Part shown: positions 50,028-61,005 of the stretch, in pieces
Layout: each line of letters begins with the position of its first letter
Position numbering within the stretch: position 1 is the first letter of the stretch
From: an uncultured Chlamydiae bacterium
Lineage (GTDB): Bacteria; Chlamydiota; Chlamydiia; Chlamydiales; Parachlamydiaceae
Reading direction: 5' to 3'
NCBI GenBank assembly: GCA_963830365.1
Contig: CAWHMU010000021.1
Span: forward strand, 16,339-80,338
DNA length: 64,000 bases
Made by a program: the position numbers and the translations under genes
Notes under the pieces: generated by a model
Database searches by the model: none
Seen by the model: the letters and a program-made list of their open reading frames with translations, nothing else
Told to the model about the DNA's origin: nothing

Positions 50028-52118
50028 TCAGCTATCGCTTTCGTCTGCCTCTTGCTCATCTTCCTCTTTGCTGAGCAGGCGGGAGATCAGCATGCGGAAG
50101 GAGGTCTGATGGCACAGGCTTTCCAACCATTCGTCATGCATCACATCTTCCACAGGCGGTAGCGCATCGGACTGCTCCGCCCTTTCCATATAATGCATGG
50201 CGGCGGCTGGATTTTCGGTGAGGGCATAAAGGCAGGCGAGGTTATAAAAGGCGTGAACATTACCCAAAGACACCGCTTGCTGAAGCTTGCGTTCGGCTTT
50301 TTCAAATAGCAGATGGGCTTGGGCCCTATGGGCTGGATCATTGGTCAGCACACCAAGGTTCAGCAACGTAAGGCCATAATCATTCCATGCCATTTCATCT
50401 TCTGGGTCTTTTTGGACGAGCTCATGAAAATGCTCGATGGCTTTATGAAAGCTGTCGATATCTGAGTTCAGCTCCCCTAAATGGAACAGGGCCAGCGCCA
50501 GGTTATAACGGGCATGGTGGTATTCGGGATCAAGCTGCAGGATATGGGCAAGCACCTGCACAGCTTTTTCATAATAGACGGGCTCCTCGTGGAAATCGCC
50601 AAGGAAATCCATGGCGCATCCATAGTTGTAAAGCCATTCAATTTCGACATCCTCGCCATGCGCATCAAGGCGCCGGCTGATGGCCAGTTCAAATTTTTCA
50701 GCGGCGGCTTCGACATGTATCTGCTCGTTAGTCATTTCGCCAAGCTTCATCAAAGCCACACCCCAGTCACTCAAGAACTGCGGCACAAGCGTGCAGCCGG
50801 TGGCTGCCACGCGATTGAAAAAATCAACCGATTTCTCGATCGTGGCAGGACAGCCTGTCATCTCACCGATGGAATAGTACGCCAGGGCCATGCCATGCAG
50901 CAATAAGGGATGGGAACTCTTCAGCGTCAAACCGAATTGGAAGTTCTCTATGGCCTTATAATAATATTCTTCGGCCGCAAAATAGCGTCCGAACTCACTC
51001 AAGCATACACCATAGATATACCAGGCGTCGGCCTCAGCAGGCAAGAGGTCTAGCGCCAGCTTGATCTTGGTTTTGGCTTCATGTAAAAGCTCTAAATTCT
51101 CCGTATATGCTCCCATCAGCATCTGGGCTTCGCCCCACCGCAAAAACACCTGTGGGTGCTCCGGCTCGAGGGAATTGGCCTTGGCAAATTTATCCATAGC
51201 CGCTTGAATGCGGTCTAAATCGCGCGCCGCCTTGCCGGCATTAAGCAGCAGTTCGGCCCAGCGCAGCCAAACAATTCCATCCTGTGCATTTATTTCGTGA
51301 GCCTGTTCAAAAGCCTCATCAGCTTCATGGAAATATTCTGAAATGCCTGTAAGGTCGTATAAGCGCTGATAGGTGCAGGCTATATTAAGCCAGCCTTCAA
51401 ACTGGCCTGGCACAAGCGATGTGAACTTTTTGTAATGCTCAAGGGCTTCGATTAACAACTCTTTGCGCCCTGCTACAAGACAAGCCAGATCTATCAAAAT
51501 ATTGCCAAAATCATTATGGAATTCGCCGCTGTCACATCCGGCTTTTTCAGCCAGGCGGAATTTCTCAAGCGAGCGGAAGAAGTCTACAGCCTCGCCGGAA
51601 TGCTTGCCGATGTGATACCAGCTCACACCCCAATGCCAATACAGACTTTCGGTATTGCGCTCTCCATCATGCTGCGCCAGATGCGCAGCTTCATGAAACT
51701 TCTCATCGGCCTGGTACAGATAGGCCGCATCGTCGTAAAACATGCCCATCCTGACCAGGATATTGCCCCAGGAATGCCAGGCAGGCACAAAAGAAGGATC
51801 CAGATGTGTAGCCTTTTCTAAAGCCTTGCTGGCAGCCAATAGACAGCGGATATTCTGCCCTTGCGCAGCATAGACCAAGGCCTGCCTGAAGAAGACAAGA
51901 GGGCTATGCGAAGCCACTTTGGAGGCGATATCGAAGCTTTCCAGCACTTTGCTGTCGCCATTTTTCAGTTGATGCTCCCCTTGCTTGACAAAGAGAATCC
52001 CCAGCAGTTCGCGTTCGTTATGCGTCATACCGTCCCACAACACAGGCTCGGCGTAGGGAACGAGTTGTTCGAAAGCATTGTTGGCTAATATTGTTTTAAA
52101 TTTCTGTTGGATAGACAT
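50028..52118 (-). CDS. Tetratricopeptide repeat protein
   Basis: Many W/Y-x-x-x-G helical repeats; C-terminal YNLACLYAL. Confidence 0.9.
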   Translation of the reverse strand: MSIQQKFKTILANNAFEQLVPYAEPVLWDGMTHNERELLGILFVKQGEHQLKNGDSKVLESFDIASKVASHSPLVFFRQALVYAAQGQNIRCLLAASKALEKATHLDPSFVPAWHSWGNILVRMGMFYDDAAYLYQADEKFHEAAHLAQHDGERNTESLYWHWGVSWYHIGKHSGEAVDFFRSLEKFRLAEKAGCDSGEFHNDFGNILIDLACLVAGRKELLIEALEHYKKFTSLVPGQFEGWLNIACTYQRLYDLTGISEYFHEADEAFEQAHEINAQDGIVWLRWAELLLNAGKAARDLDRIQAAMDKFAKANSLEPEHPQVFLRWGEAQMLMGAYTENLELLHEAKTKIKLALDLLPAEADAWYIYGVCLSEFGRYFAAEEYYYKAIENFQFGLTLKSSHPLLLHGMALAYYSIGEMTGCPATIEKSVDFFNRVAATGCTLVPQFLSDWGVALMKLGEMTNEQIHVEAAAEKFELAISRRLDAHGEDVEIEWLYNYGCAMDFLGDFHEEPVYYEKAVQVLAHILQLDPEYHHARYNLALALFHLGELNSDIDSFHKAIEHFHELVQKDPEDEMAWNDYGLTLLNLGVLTNDPAHRAQAHLLFEKAERKLQQAVSLGNVHAFYNLACLYALTENPAAAMHYMERAEQSDALPPVEDVMHDEWLESLCHQTSFRMLISRLLSKEEDEQEADESDS

Positions 52119-53953
52119 AAACCATCTTTGCGGCTAGATAAGAAAAAATTAATCATACATTATTTTTGGTTTAAATACAACCTTCAATTAAAGAAAGAAT
52201 GTAAACAAAGTTTTTATAACCAACAAGTTATACTTTATCGATGGTTTAAACCACATATCCCATCGAGGTAAGCATGACCAAGGCCGCCGCATCGGTGATG
52301 CCAAGCGGATTATAATCTTTATCGCAGATAAAAAAATCCTTGATCGGCACTAAAGGAGCCTTATCCTCAAAATATTGATTCAACACGCCATAAGGCATGC
52401 GATGTGTTTCCATGGCCTCTTGAATGGCTTTTTTCACGCAGTCGATCATCTTCGGCAAGCTGAGGAATGAAAGGACCGTTGCCAATATTTCTTGCGGATC
52501 TGCGTCAATGATCTGCTTGGTAAGCTCTTGGGAATTCAGATCAAACGTAAGCTCATGAAAGAGCCCAAGCTCCTTATGCAGTAGATTTTTAAGATACAGC
52601 GTCTGATGCGCCTGCTGACTGCTCCCTTTCCCAGCCACTTTCTCTATCAGTTTAAAATCAGCCAAAACTGTATTGAGCAAATCCTGCATGGCTATCGAAA
52701 TATAACCTTCCACCTTCTCGACAGGTCCGGTGGCAGCTTCCAGATTAACACCGCGCCGGAATTTGGCAGGAATTGAATTGTAAAAAATGGCTATGCCGTC
52801 TCTTTGACCGGAATTGCACTCGAAGATCATGCTGGCAAACTGCATCAGTTTGCTCTCCCTATCAGAAAGCATTGCACCAGCGGCAACTTGATCGCTTTCT
52901 GCCTGAAGGGCCTGTAATATGGCATAAAGATAAAATGCCGAATTTTTAATTGGAGCATCTTTAGCCCCCGTAGCCGTTAGCAGGCGATAGACTTCCTTAT
53001 CTTCAGACAATATTTTACTCTTCAATTCGGCAAGCAGATTCTTATTGGCCACACGCTTCAAACTGGTGATCATTTCAATTTCTTCTTCAACCTTGCTGCG
53101 TCGCTCAGGAGAAAGAAGTTTTAAACGCTTGTCCAACGATTCAAAAAGTTTATTAAAACTATCCAAGCCCACGCCTTGTGACAAATCACCGAACGTGAAA
53201 CCTTTTTGAACCGCCTGCTTGCGAAAGCCTTCCAAATTCAAAGTATAATCCATGCCCTTAAACTTGGTAACGACTGGCGATGCCAGAGCTATCAAGCTCT
53301 GCTTATTTTTCAGGCGCTGGTGGAGTATATATGGATTTGTTTTGCCGCTTTCGCCCGGCATGGCCAGAATGGCAACAACTTCGGCTTTTTGGGCCAGCGA
53401 ATGCTCAGGCATGTATAAATCCGCATAGATATCTTTTATCTCATTTGCCAGTTTATACGCATTTTCACGATCCGACAGGTTATCCAGATGCTCGTGTAAA
53501 TATTTCTCGGCGCGCTTGTGAATTTCGGGATGGTTATCAAAAAAATCAGCCATGATATTGAGTTCACACCATTTCTCCTGATCTTTTAAATCACCGGTTT
53601 TTTCTATTAAGGCCATGCGATCCTGCGGCGCTACAAGTTTAAGCATAAGCAAAATGTGGTCAACTTCATAAATTCCATCATGGGTAATGCCTTCATCAGG
53701 GTTTTTGAATTTCGAAACAAAGCGGCCAATTTCTTCTAGATCAAGCGCACAGGGTTTAGGTATCAGCCTTAAGATGGAGAATAGCAGCATGCGTTGCCAA
53801 CCATGTCTCAGCCTTGAAAGGTTTTTTAGGAATGTCCAGATCTTTAAATTAGGATCAGTGGCAGAAACCGTCTTCAATATCTTTAAAAGATCAAAACAAA
53901 GGTTATTATTATCCAAGCGCTTTGCTAAGGCGGCGATATCTTCCACCCGATCC

Positions 53954-55759
53954 CAGGGCTTTTTCATTAAAGAAATTTAACACCAAAAATTCCACTCACA
54001 GCCAGCTCTAAGGCGATTTCGCCATTTTTATTCTCATATATCTAGCCTAATATATAAAAAAACAATTGACTTTATTTATCACGTATATTACAAGGTGTTT
54101 TAAATAAATATCTGGTCTAATATGTCGATGAATCTGGTAGATCTACATCTAAACTGGGGTGCATTTACCTCTAAGGGCAAGAAGTATGTCTCCTATAGCC
54201 TTGCTAGATCCATTTGGACAAACGGCTCATGCCGGAAAGAAATCGTACTTAAATTGGGTAAACTCACTAATGAGGAAGTCGTATTCTGGCGTCAGACGCT
54301 GAAAGACGCAAAAAAACGGCGCAAGGCAATTTCTCAGACAGCCCCTAATCCTTCAGGTGACTCCAGTCCTTCACTTGTCGAAGCTAATAAGTTGACAGCG
54401 AATTCTCAGGATCCCGATACTGGAGATCTTCAAATTGCTACGGGGGATTTTGAGGGCGAAAACATGTCAGTAAGAAAGAAATTCATCTACGACGAACACG
54501 ATCAAAATGTCGATATTCACTCTTACGAGGATGCTGTAAAACATGCTTTTGCGGACGTTCAGGATCCGCGCGTCGCAGATAATCTGCAATATCCATTCTA
54601 TGGACTTCTGCTAACGATTCTGGCGGGTATTCTTGCAGGCGCAAAGTCCATCAGTGGTATTTACGAGTATGGAAAGGAAAAAGCTGCCATGTTATGCCCT
54701 TTACTTAATCTCGAACGACACCCTTCCTATACCGCCTTTTGGTGGATCCTGACGCGAACAAACCCTGAAATCTTGAACCAGGCATTCATTAAATGGATTA
54801 AGTTGGTGGCTGACACCTTGGGCGGCACTGAGAAAAAAATCTCTATCGACGGGAAAACTCTGAGAGGTGCCAAAAAGGATCTTGTTCATTACGTGAGCGG
54901 ATACGAGTCTGGAAGTGGGCTTCTGCTTGGTCAAGTGAAAACAGAGGAAAAATCCAATGAGATCACGGCAATTCCAGAGTTGCTAAAGGTAATCGATGTC
55001 AAGGATGCGACGGTCACAATTGATGCGATGGGGTGCCAAAAAGGCATTGTAAATGACATCAGGGAGCGCGGAGGGCATTATGTGATTGCCTTAAAAGGAA
55101 ACCAAGACACTCTACATGCTGAGGCCCAGAATTTTTTTGATCAAGCCAGAGCAGCTGATTATAAGGGGGCTAAGTGTAAAAAGTATGAAGCGACCAATGA
55201 AGGACACGGCAGGCTAGAGAAGCGAGAGGTGACAATCACCAAAAATCTCAATTGGCTGGATTGTCGAAGTGATTGGCGGGATCTTAAGATGCTGATAGAA
55301 GTGAAATCCACTAGGACGATCAAGGGTAAATCTACAGAAGAACTTCGCTACTACATTTCCAGCAAGGATATGACTGCGAAGATGGCGAACAGCACTGTTC
55401 GCTCACACTGGGGGATTGAGAATAATCTTCATTGGGTTTTAGATGTGTTATTCGGTGATGATATCTCCCGGGCCAATACTGGCCATGCAGCGGAGAATCT
55501 AGGTCTCTTTAGACGGATGGCCTATTGCATTTTAAAACAGGAAACAGTGCAAGGACGCGGTTTGGCATCAAAACAACGCAAGGCAATGTGGAATGATCAC
55601 TATGTGCTTGAACTGTTAAACAAGTTTATCAAGGAAGTGAGCAGCGGGAGCGAGGTTTACCAGCTCGAGTAGACGACTGCCGGCCTAGAGCATCAAGCGC
55701 AGCTTGTACCCGCAGGGGCGGCATGAAGAGTGTAAAGTATTTTTAATGAAAAAGCCCTG
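53954..55759 (+). mobile_element. ISAs1 family insertion sequence, 1806 bp, 10-bp TSD
   Basis: TIR cagggctttttcattaaa at both ends; cacccgatcc at 53944-53953 and 55760-55769. Confidence 0.96.
54122..55672 (+). CDS. ISAs1 family transposase with N-terminal extension
   Basis: DPR, IDGKTLRG, KSNEITAIPELL, IDAMGCQK, LKGNQ, GHGRLE, HWGIENNLHWVLD. Confidence 0.95.
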   Translation: MSMNLVDLHLNWGAFTSKGKKYVSYSLARSIWTNGSCRKEIVLKLGKLTNEEVVFWRQTLKDAKKRRKAISQTAPNPSGDSSPSLVEANKLTANSQDPDTGDLQIATGDFEGENMSVRKKFIYDEHDQNVDIHSYEDAVKHAFADVQDPRVADNLQYPFYGLLLTILAGILAGAKSISGIYEYGKEKAAMLCPLLNLERHPSYTAFWWILTRTNPEILNQAFIKWIKLVADTLGGTEKKISIDGKTLRGAKKDLVHYVSGYESGSGLLLGQVKTEEKSNEITAIPELLKVIDVKDATVTIDAMGCQKGIVNDIRERGGHYVIALKGNQDTLHAEAQNFFDQARAADYKGAKCKKYEATNEGHGRLEKREVTITKNLNWLDCRSDWRDLKMLIEVKSTRTIKGKSTEELRYYISSKDMTAKMANSTVRSHWGIENNLHWVLDVLFGDDISRANTGHAAENLGLFRRMAYCILKQETVQGRGLASKQRKAMWNDHYVLELLNKFIKEVSSGSEVYQLE

Positions 55760-57101
55760 CACCCGATCCACTCTAGATTTTATTGGAGTCAATTCCAGCG
55801 CTTGCACAATAACTTTAAATGATAAATTCTCTCGATAGCAGCCTGCCAGCTGCTCAAATAATTTAACAGCCGGCAAGACCTGGTTGCTGGCTGTCGACGG
55901 AAAAGGCATCAAAGGCAGCACGCTATGCAGGAAACTTGATCTGCTAGCTTCAGGAAGGCTACCAATGGCAGAAATAATGATATCCCCTTCCGCCTCATTT
56001 TCAATATACTGCAAGAGCTCTGCCAAAGGTTTGCTCGATTCCCGCCTTTGCTTGAATGGCAGCAAGGATATCGATGCCAGCAACGCAGCCCTTTGATGCT
56101 CTCTGAAAAGGCCTTCGGCATAATCCGAAGCAATCGCGATGACAAAAGATCTTTGATCCTTAGGAATCAATTTCACTGTCTTTAGTATCTGCGGACAAGA
56201 GCAAAGACTTTGTTCATTAAGGTCGCTTAAAAGCTGTGCTAATGGCCTGGCTACACGATCTAAAAGCGAGGGTGAAATATATTCCGGACTCAAAGCTTTA
56301 AGATAGGCTATGCGCTGCCCGGCCGTCGGCAGGCGGCCGATAAACGGGGCGGCATATTCGATATGGTCTTTGGCATAACTACATTCCTTCTGCAGTTTCT
56401 TAAAACTATCCAACAAGATGTTTAAATGAAATTTAGAAGCTATATTTTCAAAAATGGCTGTAAGATGTTGTTTTAAATAATTCCGACTGATTGACGGCAC
56501 ATAAGCTAAAGCCTCCTGGACGGCATCCTCCGCAGTTTCGACTTCTTTTGCTTGCAGAGCTGAAGCTGGACGAGCCTTCTTTTCAATGGGTTTATCGCCA
56601 GCTTCATCCTTTGATTCCGTACTTTTTGCATCCGGGCTCGCAGGTTCTTTGCGCTTGCGGATAGTTTCGATACACCGCGCCTGACCTTCCTGAGACATGT
56701 TGACCTCTTCAGCGGCTCTTTTGGCAGCTGCGGTAGTGGCTGAAAAGGTGAAGGTTCGGCTTGATGGCTGCGGCTGATAGGGCTGGAGGCCCGCCACTGC
56801 GGCCTGCTGGACAGTAGTGCCGGCAGATTGCCTTACTAGCGGCGGCGGAAAGGGTGGTTGCGCTTGAAAAACAAATCCGGATGAACGCTGTGTAGGCTGC
56901 ATAGTTTTAGCTCATTAATGATTGTTCAGTATTTGACAAATTAACAAATCTAATAAAAAGAATTCAATGCGAGAGTCGTGCTTGAAGCAGCCTTTCTCCT
57001 GCCCAAACCTAAAATAAGCTGGATATTCACAAAAGACAGAATATAAGTGAACTGAATTGGCGTGAAAAATAATGCGCCTAACGGAAGCCTTACCCCAGTT
57101 G

Positions 57102-57818
57102 TTAAAACTCCTGCAAGTCCTGCTGTGTTTCTTCGATGATGGGAGATAGCGGCCTGTCATGCACTGAAACAAGACTGCTTGCATCTTCATCGAAACCGGA
57201 CAAATAGTCGTCGTTTGAACTTGACGGAACCTCTGCTGCATAAATTTGACCGGGCATCATGCAAAATGGTACCGCTGCCATATTAACTCTTGCATGGATC
57301 AGATCAGATATTTCATGATGTTGTCTTTTCACCCACCTAACGGTCTCATGCTCTACTTGATCTGAAAAGGCCGCATTTTGCCAAACCATGGCGCGCGCTT
57401 TTTCGATTGATACTGGAATAACCAGTTCTGAAAATATACTGCGCACATCATTGGAATGTGCATGCAAAGTCCTCATAAATTGTCGATCTGCATCTGTATG
57501 CTTTTCTTCCATATTCTCAGGTAATGATAAAATGGTCCGATTGGCCAGACTGGCCAATTTTCGGCTGGCGGCAAAAAGCCTATCGGCAGCGTCCCTCTCC
57601 TCCGCGATAGCAAAGGGGACAACCGACCTGCGGTTAAAAAAGACGGGCATAGAGGAAGCCTGAACAAACTGCTGTCTGGCATTTAGCGAATCTAAAGCAC
57701 GACCAAATGGTGCAAAACTCGCCTCCGGATTGTTAGGTACTGCCCCCATCACAGCCCCCCTGGCTAAGCGCGGCGTGTCTTCTTCCCTAGAACTGGAAAT
57801 GCAGCAGCAACAAAACAT
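57102..57818 (-). CDS. Hypothetical protein with N-terminal Cys cluster
   Basis: Start taken at the first ATG (MFCCCCISSSRE). Confidence 0.65.
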   Translation of the reverse strand: MFCCCCISSSREEDTPRLARGAVMGAVPNNPEASFAPFGRALDSLNARQQFVQASSMPVFFNRRSVVPFAIAEERDAADRLFAASRKLASLANRTILSLPENMEEKHTDADRQFMRTLHAHSNDVRSIFSELVIPVSIEKARAMVWQNAAFSDQVEHETVRWVKRQHHEISDLIHARVNMAAVPFCMMPGQIYAAEVPSSSNDDYLSGFDEDASSLVSVHDRPLSPIIEETQQDLQEF

Positions 57819-57989
57819 TTGGACCAACTTATAAGTTTTAATTTTAAACAAGATATATTACAAATTCTTTTACATGTAAACAATTACGTTATATTATGGC
57901 GGGCAGGGGTTGATAGAGTCAAAATGGATCATGTTTCACCCTATACCATGATCTAGTGAGAATTTGACATATAATTAAGGGAAAATGCT

Positions 57990-58786
57990 ATGCAAACTCA
58001 TTTGCTGCTCGATTCTATACCTATCTGGGGCGTCTTTCTTTTGACCGTGGCAATTGTTTCCGTGGCCTTTGAGGTGGGCTTCCGCCTCGGCGGATACAGA
58101 AAAACAAGCCCGGACATGCATTGGAAGCCCCTGTCGGAGCTGCCGTGGCAGCGACAATCAGCCTGCTGGCCTTCATCCTGGCTTTCACCTTCAGCCTGGC
58201 AGCCACGCGTTTTGAAGAGCGGCGGCGGCTTGTTTTAGAGGAATCCAATGCCATCGGAACGACATATCTGCGCGCTGAATATCTTGCTGAGCCTAACCGC
58301 AGCAAAATTAAAAGTCTGCTTCGCGACTATACCAGCTACCGCCTAGCAGCTGTACAACCGGGAAAGCTGCAAGAGGCTCTGACTAAATCAGAACAGCTGC
58401 AAGATCTATTGTGGAGCCAGACAGTGCAGGTGGCAGAAAAGGCGCCAACATCCGTTATGGCCGGTCTTTTCGTCCAATCCTTGAACGACGTCATCGACAT
58501 CCATGCCAAGCGCGTTTTGATAGGCTTGCGCAGCCGCCTCCCTGAAACTATCTGGCTGACCTTATTTTCGATAACATTTCTAGCCATCGCCGCCCTGGGC
58601 TATCATAACGGACTGACAGGTGCGCGCTGTTTGATTGTCAATACTGCCCTTGTCCTTACATTTTCAGGAGTCATTTTGCTAATTGCAGATCTCGACCGTT
58701 CGCAGGAAGGGGCGCTTAAAGTCAGCCAGCAATCCATGAAAGATCTTTATGATAAGTTGAATAGCCAAAAGCCCTCTGAGTCTTAG
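57990..58786 (+). pseudogene. DUF4239-like membrane protein, frameshifted near 58100-58120
   Basis: N-terminal TM in ORF 57990; LLAFILAFTFS..RFEERR..EESNAIGTTYLRA..IADLDR in ORF 58121. Confidence 0.75.
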
Positions 58787-58837
58787 CAGACCATGGGCAA
58801 AGCAAAGACCATAATTAACCAGTTATAATGGTATTGC

Positions 58838-59637
58838 ATGCACAGTATACTGTTAACCACCTTCGCGATCTTCTTTGCCATACTCTCTAAAGAAAATGCC
58901 TTCTCGAATGAGAAACAAACATTTTCATTCAAATGCAGTATCGATCTGAAGGTTAAAAAAGAAAAAAAATGGCAAAACCGCGTCTACCTGGCGACATACC
59001 CTCGCTCAGGAAATCACTGGATGCGCTATTTAATCGAAGAGGCCACGCATATTGCGACCAGCTCCTGCTATCAAGATCCCGACCCGCAGCATATGGCAAC
59101 GGTTTTTCCATGGGGCGGTTACTGCTGCGAACACGGCTATGAAGGACAATCCAGCTATGCGACAGAACAGGAAACGGTGGTCATTAAAACCCATTTTCCA
59201 GCCATCGGAATTTCCCCCTTTGATGAGTTACCTATATCAAAACCATTCGCATCGTCCGCCATCCCGTTGATTCTTTTTATTCTTTCTAGTCTGGGTGAAA
59301 CTTATTCCAACCAGCCCTGTGAATATGCCATGCCAAAAGACGTCCTGTTAAAATCCATCGCGTCATGGCGGGCCTTTGGAACACTCTTGGGACCAGGCAG
59401 AAAATGTGCTGACGGTGCGTTATGAAGACCTCTATAACCACCCAGAGCACTACCTGCGCCAAATCCTGAATGCCATCGGTTACCAAGTGACCGAAGCGGA
59501 CGTCCGCGCGCCGTTGCAAAGTTTCCTCCAAGAGGAGGACTCTATAAGCATTTCGACCATTTTTGGCCGAAGACTTAGCCCTCATTCAAGCAGAACTTGG
59601 CCCCCTCATGCAGAAAAGTGGCTACAGTTGTCAGTGA
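58838..59637 (+). pseudogene. Sulfotransferase-domain protein with several frameshifts
   Basis: TYPRSGNHW (5'-PSB), KTH, then IVRHPVD and VRYEDL in other frames. Confidence 0.8.
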
Positions 59638-59915
59638 GTGGGGTCTTGATGATCGGGGTGATCGGGGTCATGATCGGGGTTAGGCCTGCAAGGCTGTTCA
59701 AGTTGCTTTGTGTTTTCTTTTAACTTTTCGATTTTTTTCTCAAATCGTGCAGTCGCAATGTGATTTTAGAAAATGGCACTTTAAACTACTTAAGCTACTC
59801 CCGTCTCTGTTGAAAACTGTTGCCATCTCTTCTAAGCCGATCCCATTCCCCTGTGCATGCATGACAACTGCCCCTCTAGCTAAAGATAAAGGTGGCGGAG
59901 TTTTAGCATCTTAGG

Positions 59916-60408
59916 CTAGGCGAAAAAAATTCTTTGGTTGTGCTGACTCATCAAATGCAGCACGTCGGACTGCCCAACAGACTGACCCGGCGCACTTGAA
60001 GTGCCCGGCGGGTGAGAGCTGGCTAATTTCTCTTTCCAATGGGCCAGGGAATTGATGAACAACTGAAAATCGTGCTGATAACTTTCAAATGACGTGTTGG
60101 CAGCCTCGAAAATCTTCATTAAAATAATCGTATTTGTTTCCTTATGCACTGAAAACATGGCTTTGCCTGTCTCGTCACCAAAAAGATTGGCTTCCAACAG
60201 CATCTCACAAAGTGATCCTCTCGCAGATGTCTGCGGAAGCTGGCCCGGCTTTGGAATACATGTAAAAATACTTATCGTCGGCAGAACTGCGCAGGTGGAC
60301 AAGGTATTTCTCATTAATCAGCAGGCGCGTCACGCCCATCGCATCGGTTTCTGCGCGGGGGGCTCCGGATTGCTGCGCCACTTGTGCTAATATTTCGCTT
60401 AATATCAT
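59916..60408 (-). pseudogene. CesT-family type III secretion chaperone, frameshifted
   Basis: LLEANLFGDETG...F...W motif; one extra base near 60245 separates ORFs 60205..60408 and 59916..60314. Confidence 0.75.
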
Positions 60409-60435
60409 CAGACTTCATCCTTCAAGCATTGCTAG

Positions 60436-61005
60436 TCACTTCATATGCTTAAATTCCGCGGTTTCAAGCATCTTCTTGGCCTCTTGCAGCAACTGTTTAC
60501 AGGTCTTTTTGCCAAGCGACACCTCTACTAAAAGTGGAAAAAAAGTCTCCACCATAAATTGAATCGTGTTCACCATTGCAATCACTATCTCGCCATTCAT
60601 ACTCGGCAGCGGTGTCAGATAGACATAACGATAAAACATCACCCGCTCATTTTCCATCAACCCAAAACAGGCCATGTCAAGGTTGGAATTGACTGTTAAA
60701 ATATACCGTGCCAGCTCATCCATCGCCTTAGGTTCTACCACTTGCGGTAACGCCACCGTAAACTGCAAAGATTTGAACGCGGGCGGTTTTACCTCTGCGG
60801 CCAGCTCAGCCTCGAAGATGGCATCTGCCTGACCTACCCCTGCGATGCGCAAAAGAAAATCCTTGCCTGCGCCTCCATTGCCCAAATACACGACCACTTG
60901 CTCAAGAGTTGCCGGAGGGTCGATAGGCTGAAAATAAGTCTGATAGCCATTTTTAGCTAAAAAGGCATTAATGGACGGCAGATCCGTCTGTATCTCATCA
61001 CTCAT
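60436..61005 (-). CDS. T3SS class I chaperone-like / YbjN-like protein
   Basis: Acidic 189 aa; LARYILTVNSNLDMACFGL...FYRY pattern. Confidence 0.7.
   Translation of the reverse strand: MSDEIQTDLPSINAFLAKNGYQTYFQPIDPPATLEQVVVYLGNGGAGKDFLLRIAGVGQADAIFEAELAAEVKPPAFKSLQFTVALPQVVEPKAMDELARYILTVNSNLDMACFGLMENERVMFYRYVYLTPLPSMNGEIVIAMVNTIQFMVETFFPLLVEVSLGKKTCKQLLQEAKKMLETAEFKHMK

Larger units (their letters stand above)
52246..56902 (-). pseudogene. Large effector-like gene (946 aa when rejoined) split by ISAs1
   Basis: ...KSRVDRV and DRVEDIAALAK join in frame across the TSD. Confidence 0.88.
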
